NCBI GenBank assembly: GCA_963717505.1
Contig: OY970342.1
Span: 1,344,001-1,408,000 of the forward strand
Source of the DNA: Candidatus Eiseniibacteriota bacterium
GTDB lineage: Bacteria; Eisenbacteria; RBG-16-71-46
Length of the DNA stretch: 64,000 nt
Direction: 5' to 3'
The notes under the pieces were generated by a model. That model saw only the letters and a program-made list of their open reading frames with translations, ran no database searches and had not been told where the DNA came from. Position numbers and translations under genes: made by a program. Of this stretch, positions 57,386-64,000 are shown one piece after another. How positions within the stretch are numbered: the stretch's first letter is position 1; each line of letters starts with the position of its first letter.

Positions 57386-58753
57386 ATGGCACCAAGGGCA
57401 ACATCCGGAGGTGTGTTCGAGGGCAAGACCCTCGACGAGGCAGTACGCAAGGGACTCGAGGCGCTGGGCTTGTCGCGCGCCGAAGTGATGATTACGACGA
57501 TCGAAGAAGGCTCGGGTGGATTCCTGGGCCTGGGGTCGCGCCCGTACAAGGTGCGGGTCATGCCGAGACCCGGCGGCGCGATTCGCGAAGCCGACCAATG
57601 GGCCGAACCCGGGCGCGGACGACGGAGCGGTGGCGACAGGAGCCGCGGCGGCCGTAACGACCGAGGGGATCGTGGGCGGGGTGGCGAACGTCCTCCGCGT
57701 GGTGATCGCCCTGATCGGGGTGGCCGGAGCGATCGTGGTCGTGTCGAGCCCGCGCGAGCCGGCCGTGACGAGGTCGTGCCCGCCGGCGATCGGACCGATC
57801 GACCGCAGCCCGTATCGGCGGAGCGCGGAGATCGGCCGGAGCGTGGAGATCGCGGTGGCCGCCGTGGTGGTCGTGGCGAACGCGGTCGAGGTGGACGAGG
57901 GGATCGCGATCGCGGTCCCGATCGCGGTCCCGATCGAGGGCGCGATCGCCCGATGTTGGAGGCCCGCGAGTCTCGCGAGCCAGTCGGTTCACGTGACATG
58001 AGAGAGCCGCGTGCACAGGAGTCGGAGGAGCCGCGTCATCGTGACGACAGCGGCTTTGACGCCCCCGTGGAGGCCGGTCGTGGAGACTCGTTCGGAGGGC
58101 GCCGCCGCCGCCGTGGCGGTCGTAGCGAGCGTGGTGGTCGTGGCGAACGGATGGCCCCCTCAGGCGAGCGGGCAGGAGCGCGCCCCATGGGCGAACACGC
58201 TCCGAGCGGAGAGCGTCGACCTCGCGAGGAGTCCATGGCGAGCGCGGCGACTGCCGAGCCCGCGATGCCGCCCGAACAGCTGATGGCCGAGGCCAAGCGG
58301 CTGACCGAGGACGTGCTTCGCGGCATGGGATTCGAGGCGACGGTAACGGTGACCGTGGACGAAGATCGAGCCGACGTTTCGGTTTCGGTGCCGCAGAACG
58401 AAGACCTGCTCACCGGACCCAAGGGCGAAGTTCGACAGGCGCTTCAGCACCTGTTGACCCTGATGGTCAATCGCGGCCAGGTCGGGCGCAGCCACATCCA
58501 GCTCGAGATCAACGACTTCTGGAAGACGCGCGAAGCCGATCTCGAATCCCTGGCCCGGGAGTTGGCCGAAGAGGCCGTCACCAACGGGACCGAGGCCGTG
58601 ACCGAGTACCTGAACGCGCAGGAGCGCCGCGTGGTGCACATGACGCTGCGCGACGACGCGCGGGTCAAGACGTACGCGCTGGGCGACGGCCTGATCAAAC
58701 GCGTGGCCGTGGCTCCGGCGGACTTCGCTGGAGGCCCGACCTACGAGGAGTAG
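57386..58753 (+). CDS. jag: Jag/EloR/KhpB RNA-binding protein with long R/G/D/E-rich linker
   Basis: Jag_N GKTLDEAV...GFLGLG, KH-like LLTGPKGE and R3H ERRVVH. Confidence 0.9.
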   Translation: MAPRATSGGVFEGKTLDEAVRKGLEALGLSRAEVMITTIEEGSGGFLGLGSRPYKVRVMPRPGGAIREADQWAEPGRGRRSGGDRSRGGRNDRGDRGRGGERPPRGDRPDRGGRSDRGRVEPARAGRDEVVPAGDRTDRPQPVSAERGDRPERGDRGGRRGGRGERGRGGRGDRDRGPDRGPDRGRDRPMLEARESREPVGSRDMREPRAQESEEPRHRDDSGFDAPVEAGRGDSFGGRRRRRGGRSERGGRGERMAPSGERAGARPMGEHAPSGERRPREESMASAATAEPAMPPEQLMAEAKRLTEDVLRGMGFEATVTVTVDEDRADVSVSVPQNEDLLTGPKGEVRQALQHLLTLMVNRGQVGRSHIQLEINDFWKTREADLESLARELAEEAVTNGTEAVTEYLNAQERRVVHMTLRDDARVKTYALGDGLIKRVAVAPADFAGGPTYEE

Positions 58754-58839
58754 TCGGACTCGGGATCTACGCGCGGCGCCGGCCTCGATCCCGAGACCGG
58801 CGCCTTCGCGTTCCGGACTGATTTCGGCTCGGAGCAGCA

Positions 58840-60421
58840 ATGCACGCCATCGACGACACGATTGCCGCCATCGCCACAGCGATCGGGGAGGCAGGGCTTG
58901 CCGTGATCCGGGTTAGCGGGCCGGACGCTCTGGCGGTGGCCGATCGGGTGTTCTCCGGCCGGAGAACACTAGCTGAGTGCGAGAGCCACACGGTTCACCA
59001 TGGCTGGGCGCATGAGGTTGTGGCTGAGGATGGACGGGGAGCCGACAACGGCACGCTCGGCTCCGCGTCCTGCTCCGCCTCGCTGAGACCTCGGCGTGCT
59101 CCGCCATCCCTGGCTACGCACGCCTCCGACTCGCCGGCATCGACTCCCCGTCCATCCTCAGCCCCGGAAACAGCGACACCCGACGAGAGGGCCGGCAAGC
59201 AGGCCCCCCGCCATCGAATCGATGAAGTCGTCGCGGCGATCTTCCGCGCACCCCGCTCGTACACGGGGGAAGACGTGGTCGAGCTGTCGTGCCACGGCGG
59301 GCGGCTGACCGCGGCTCAGGTGCTCGAGGCTCTGCTCGCGGCGGGGGCGCGGCTCGCCGGCCCCGGCGAGTTCACCCTACGCGCGTTTCTGAATGGCCGC
59401 ATGGACCTGGCCCGCGCCGAAGCCGTGGCCGACCTGATTCACGCCGAGACCGAATCCGCGCGCGCGCTGGCGCTCGACCAGCTCGCGGGCTCGCTCTCGC
59501 GCCGGGTCGAGGCGATCGCCGACCGGCTGACCGATGCACTCGCCGAGGTCGAGGCCCGAGTCGACTTCGCCGAGGACGTGGGCGGCGTCGAAGTGCCCCC
59601 CCACGTCGTGCGTGCGATCGATGAGGTCGGCGCCGAGCTCGACGCGCTGCTGGCGAGCGGGGCTTGGGGGCGCGCGGTGCGCGAGGGTGCTGCGCCTGCC
59701 GCTGGTCGGCCGCCCCAACGTCGGCAAATCCTCGTTGTTCAACGCGCTGCTCGGTGAGTCGCGGGCAATCGTGACCCCGCGTCCGGGGACGACGCGGGAT
59801 CGCGTGAGCGAGGCCGTCGAAATCGCGGGCGTGCGCGTGGTGCTCTCCGACACCGCCGGACTGCGACAAACCGGCGACCCCGTCGAGGCGCTGGGTGTCG
59901 CGCACACGCACCAGGCGTTGGACGAGAGTCGCGCGGTGCTGTGGGTGGTGGATGGCTCGGCGCCGCTCGAGGACGATGATCTGGCAGCGTCCCGAGCACT
60001 CGCCGGCAAGCGGGTGGTCGCGGTGCTCAACAAACGCGACCTGGGAGCCCGTGTGACCGCGGCGCGGGTGCGCGAAACCCTCGGCGACGCCGCGTGGTGC
60101 ACCGTGGTCGAGGCCTCGGCGGCGCGCGGCGACGGCGTGGGCGAAGTTCGCGCGCGTATTGCCGAGGTGGTGGGTGTCCCCGGGGCGCCGCTGGCAGGTG
60201 AAGGGATTCCCGCGCTCGCCAACCCCCGTCACGTGGATGCTCTCGGCCGCGCGCGGACGTCGCTGGCCCGCGCCGGCGCCACGGCGGCTGCGGGAGAACC
60301 GGGCGAGTTGGTGGCTGCGGATCTCCGCGAGTGCCTCGATGCGATCGGGCTCGTGACCGGCCGCAATGTCGGGCCGGACGTGCTCGATCGCATCTTCAGC
60401 CGCTTCTGCATCGGCAAATGA
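58840..60421 (+). CDS. mnmE: tRNA modification GTPase MnmE; in-frame palindromic insertion and apparent +1 frameshift near 59690
   Basis: DTIAAIAT, SYTGED, GEFTLRAFLNG, then GRPNVGKSS, GTTRD, DTAG, NKRD and FCIGK in the next frame. Confidence 0.93.
59022..59163 (+). repeat. Intragenic palindromic element, copy B
   Basis: Perfect 20-bp inverted repeat GGCTGAGGATGGACGGGGAG (59022-59041 / 59144-59163) around the shared core. Confidence 0.9.
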
Positions 60422-62179
60422 CCGACCGCTACGACGTCGTGGTGGTCGGCGCCGGGCACGCCGGCTGCGAGGCTGCCGCCGCGTGCGCGCGTCTCGGCCT
60501 CGCGACCGCGCTACTCTCGGCGCGCCTCGAAGACACGGCCAAGATGTCGTGCAATCCCGCGATCGGCGGCATCGCGAAAGGTCACATGGTGCGCGAGATC
60601 GACGCCCTGGGCGGAATCATGGGCCTGATCACCGACCGCGCCGGCATTCAGTTCAAGGTCCTGAATCGCGGGCGCGGGCCAGCCGTCTGGTCGCCGCGCG
60701 CCCAATGCGACAAGCCACGCTACTCGGAGGAAATGCAGCGCCATTCGAGCGCGATCGATGGTCTCGAGCGCGTGGCCGGGATTGCCAACCACGTGCGACT
60801 CGAGACCGGGCGTGACGGCCGGATGCACGTGGCCGCGATCGAGCTGGACGACGGGCGCCTCCTGAGATGTCGCGCGGCGGTCATCACGCCCGGCACGTTC
60901 CTCAATGGCCTGATCCACATCGGACCCGAGAAGCTCACCGGAGGGCGGATCGGCGAGCACGCGGCGCGCGCGCTGAGCGAGTGCCTCGCCGAACTCGGCC
61001 TCGAGCGCGGCCGGCTCAAGACCGGCACTCCGCCGCGGCTCCACCGGAATTCGATCGACTACGACGCCATGGAGGTCGCAGCCGGGCGACGATCCGCCCA
61101 TGCCGTTCTCGCACTGGACCGAACGACTCGAGGTCGATCAGGTGTCGTGCTGGCTCACGCGCACCACCGCGCGCACGCATGACGTGATTCGCGAGCACCT
61201 GCATCTATCGCCGCTCTATTCGGGCGAGATCCGGGGCGCCGGGCCCCGCTACTGCCCCTCGATCGAGGACAAGGTGGTGAAGTTCGCCGAACGCGAATCC
61301 CACCACGTGTTCGTCGAGCCCGAGGGCCGGGAGGTGCCCGAGATCTACGTGAACGGCCTGTCGTCGAGCCTGCCGGCCGAGGTCCAGCTCGCGTTCGTGC
61401 GGACGATTCCCGGCCTCGAGCACGCCGAGATGATTCGTCCCGGTTACGCGGTCGAGTACGACTTCGTGAGCCCGCATCAGCTCAAGCCGACGCTCGAAGT
61501 GCAGGGTGTTTCCGGACTCTTCCTCGCCGGGCAGATCTGCGGCACCTCCGGCTACGAAGAAGCCGCCGCCCAGGGGCTGGTCGCCGGCGTGAATGCCGCG
61601 CTCCAGGTGCTCGGGCGCGAGCCGTTCGTGCTGCGTCGCGATCAGGCCTACATCGGCGTCCTGGTCGACGACCTGGTGACCCGCGAACACCACGAGCCCT
61701 ATCGCATGTTCACCTCGGCCGCCGAGCATCGTCTGCTGCTGCGCGCGGACAACGCCGACGAGCGGCTGTGCGCAATCGGGCGTGAGATCGGGCTGGTGAG
61801 TGATCCGCAGCTCGCGCGCGTGCGCGCGAAGTACGCGGCGATCCATGCGGCGGAGCGCGCTCGTGAAACCGATCCGATCCAACATCCGTTTCCGCGCGAA
61901 TGGGCGGAGAGCGTCGAGATCCGCCGCCGGTACCGGGGCTACATCGAGCGCCAGCAGCGCACCGCGGAGCGCACAGCGCAGCTCGATGATCTGATGCTGC
62001 CCGATTCTCTGTGGGTGACGGACCTCAGGGGCGTGTCGCGCGAAGCAGCGGAGAAGCTCAAACGCTGGCGTCCGCGAACCGTCGGCATGGCGGGCAGGAT
62101 CGCGGGTGTGTCGCCGTCGGACGTCGCGGTGCTGCTGGTCCTGACTCGACGCGAGCGCGAGGTGATTCCCGCCGTTTGA
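60418..62179 (+). CDS. mnmG: tRNA modification enzyme MnmG/GidA; apparent +1 frameshift near 61077
   Basis: [49 protein letters not shown] and EPYRMFTS. Confidence 0.95.
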
Positions 62180-62224
62180 CGAGGCTCCGACGCTCCGGGG
62201 CATCGCCGTGCTAGCTTCCGGATC

Positions 62225-63244
62225 ATGGTCCGAAAATCGGGTTCAGGAAGATCGGGCAAACCGGGGCAACGATCGCAGGGGGGTCCCACCCGGCGCGGGA
62301 CGACCTCCCGCGGTTCGTCGCAACGCGGGCCTGCCCCGGGCGGAGCGTCCCCCCGCGGTTTGTCGCAACGCGGGACTTCCCCGCGCGGAGCGCCCTCCCG
62401 CGGATCATCGCCACGCGGATCTTCCCAGCGCGGATCGCGGCCGGGGTCATCGCGGAGGGCCGATCCATCGTCTGGTGCCGCGCCGCGTCGCCCGAGGCCC
62501 GAGCGCAGCCGATCGGCTCCGCCTCGACCTCCCCGGCCGCAGCCGATCAGCGGCAGCCGAGCCCATCCGGTGGCTCCGGTCGAAACCATCATCGCGGCCC
62601 AGGATTGGGATTCGCTGATTCCGCACCTCCTCCGCGCTGGGACCAACGATCCTGAAGCGACGATCGAGTCCCTTCGCAAGTACTCGCAGCTCCTGATCGA
62701 GTGGAATCGCTCGGTCTCCAACCTGATCTCGGGGAACGACGAGGCCAGAATCGTCGAGCGGCACATTCGGGAATCGCTCGAGCCTGCATATTGGCTGCGC
62801 GAGGCAGGCGGGGCGCGATGGCTGGATTTCGGAGCGGGTGCAGGGCTGCCCGGCATCCCGCTGGCGATGGCTGGAATCGGAGAGCGATGGACGATGGTCG
62901 AGTCTCGGCGTCCGAAGGTGTTGTTCATGCGTAAGGCAATCGAAACACTTGGATTACGCGGAATCGACATCTACCATGGCCGGCTCGAGACTTTTCTCGA
63001 GGAGAGCGAAGGCCTGAGGATGCTGGAGGGTCTTGTCAGCCGCGCCACCATGCGGCTTGCGCCAACACTTGAAATTGCGCAGAAGATTGTGGCAAGGGGC
63101 GGAAGCGCATTCTTGTGGAAGGGTAGCCGGCGAGAGGAAGAGGCTGCCGTAGGTTCAGCATGGGGTCGGGACTGGGATCTGACCGGAATCCTCGGAGTCG
63201 GGGACGGCCAGACTGCAGTTATGAGATTTGTAAGAACTGGATAG
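62225..63244 (+). CDS. rsmG: 16S rRNA m7G527 methyltransferase with low-complexity N-terminal extension
   Basis: WNRSVSNLIS, RHIRESL, DFGAGAGLPG and VSRA; sits after mnmG. Confidence 0.9.
   Translation: MVRKSGSGRSGKPGQRSQGGPTRRGTTSRGSSQRGPAPGGASPRGLSQRGTSPRGAPSRGSSPRGSSQRGSRPGSSRRADPSSGAAPRRPRPERSRSAPPRPPRPQPISGSRAHPVAPVETIIAAQDWDSLIPHLLRAGTNDPEATIESLRKYSQLLIEWNRSVSNLISGNDEARIVERHIRESLEPAYWLREAGGARWLDFGAGAGLPGIPLAMAGIGERWTMVESRRPKVLFMRKAIETLGLRGIDIYHGRLETFLEESEGLRMLEGLVSRATMRLAPTLEIAQKIVARGGSAFLWKGSRREEEAAVGSAWGRDWDLTGILGVGDGQTAVMRFVRTG
62294..62443 (+). repeat. Ten degenerate 15-bp units encoding RGxSx pentapeptides
   Basis: RGTTS RGSSQ RGPAP GGASP RGLSQ RGTSP RGAPS RGSSP RGSSQ RGSRP. Confidence 0.8.
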
Positions 63245-63267
63245 GTTTACAGTGTTTCGGTGCGAAG

Positions 63268-63283
63268 TGTTTCCCGTGAAACA
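63268..63283. promoter_or_regulatory. parS site
   Basis: TGTTTCCCGTGAAACA, one mismatch to the consensus TGTTTCACGTGAAACA, just upstream of parA. Confidence 0.88.
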
Positions 63284-63386
63284 ATGCTTGTGCATCGACG
63301 CCGGACACTGGTAGGCTGCCGCTCGAAGTCGCCCCGCGCAGCCAGGGATGTCTCAGCGCCAATCGCCCCCAAGAAGGTCTCAGGGA

Positions 63387-64000
63387 ATGGGACGGATCAT
63401 CGCAGTCGCAAGCCAGAAAGGTGGCGTCGGCAAGACGACGACCGCCATTAGCCTGGGTTCCTGCCTGGCCCAAGAGGGGCAGCGCGTACTGATCGTGGAC
63501 GTTGACCCCCAGGGCAGCGCGAGCAGCGGGCTGGGCATGGTGGGGAACGACATCGCCAAGACGACCTACGAGGTCTTGCTTGGCGAAGCCGAAGCGCGCG
63601 ACGCCATCAGACCGACAGCACTGGCCAACCTGGATCTGATTCCAGCCGGCCAAAGGCTCAGCGGCGCGGAAATCGAGCTGGTGAGCTTGTTGGGCCGCGA
63701 GGCTCGTCTCAAGAACGCCCTCGCCCCGATCCGGGACAGCTACGACCTGATCCTCCTCGACACGCCGCCATCGCTGGGGCTGATGACCGTCAATGCGCTG
63801 ACCGCCGCGGATTCGGTCCTGATCCCTCTCCAGTGCGAGTACCTGGCGCTCGAGGGACTCAGCCAGCTCATTTCAGCAATTCGCCTCATCCAGGACCATC
63901 TGAATCCTGCCCTTCGGATCGAAGGTGTCTTGTTGACCATGTTCGATGCGCGCCTCAATCTGTCCCAGCAGGTCGCGGATGAGGCCCGTAAGTTCTTCTC
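63387..64000 (+). CDS. parA: ParA/Soj family ATPase (runs off the right edge)
   Basis: Manual translation MGRIIAVASQKGGVGKTTT...VDVDPQG...DTPPSLG...PLQCEYLALEG. Confidence 0.95.
   Translation, partial: MGRIIAVASQKGGVGKTTTAISLGSCLAQEGQRVLIVDVDPQGSASSGLGMVGNDIAKTTYEVLLGEAEARDAIRPTALANLDLIPAGQRLSGAEIELVSLLGREARLKNALAPIRDSYDLILLDTPPSLGLMTVNALTAADSVLIPLQCEYLALEGLSQLISAIRLIQDHLNPALRIEGVLLTMFDARLNLSQQVADEARKFF

Noticed and set aside
58759-58795. Hairpin CTCGGGATC/GATCCCGAG after jag as an intrinsic terminator
   Set aside because: It has no U-tract and lies inside an apparent operon.
4460-61090. Seven frameshifts (near 4467, 4820, 7650, 7850, 8195, 59690 and 61077) as pseudogenes or programmed frameshifting
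   Set aside because: Each is repaired by deleting one base, none has a slippery heptamer, and they hit otherwise intact genes including mnmE and mnmG. Long-read insertion error is the simplest explanation; read pileups would settle it.

Overview
High-GC chromosomal window. The T9SS/FlgD-type C-terminal sorting domain and the gene repertoire suggest an FCB-related lineage such as Ca. Eisenbacteria (inference only). Left to right it holds: (1) a LacI-regulated beta-glucan, probably beta-1,2-glucan, utilisation locus with a CBM9-like secreted protein, GH1, an uncharacterised discoidin/(alpha/alpha)6 hydrolase, an ABC importer, GH144 and LacI, plus two matching promoter/operator units; (2) a secreted BNR/PPC protein; (3) a ~2650-aa DUF11-repeat protein fused to a beta-barrel-like C-terminus, with a coupled partner gene; (4) fhs, a hisA-hisN mini-operon with a structured leader, two TMTC-like GT-C/TPR membrane proteins, a GT51 and an M48 protease; (5) a candidate sigma54-driven 6S-like RNA, queE-queC-queD, an ABC exporter, a histidine kinase, an ECF/FecR pair and a HEAT/HD-GYP pair; (6) the rpmH-rnpA-yidD-yidC-jag-mnmE-mnmG-rsmG-parS-parA cluster, without an adjacent dnaA. 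The most striking unannotated signal is a family of ~135-140 bp palindromic elements. Two copies sit in-frame inside protein-coding genes (mnmE and a TPR membrane gene). They share an ~88-bp core with compensatory base-pair changes but have unrelated inverted-repeat arms. Seven frameshifts are all single extra bases and look like long-read errors. No CRISPR array, tRNA, rRNA or transposase was seen.
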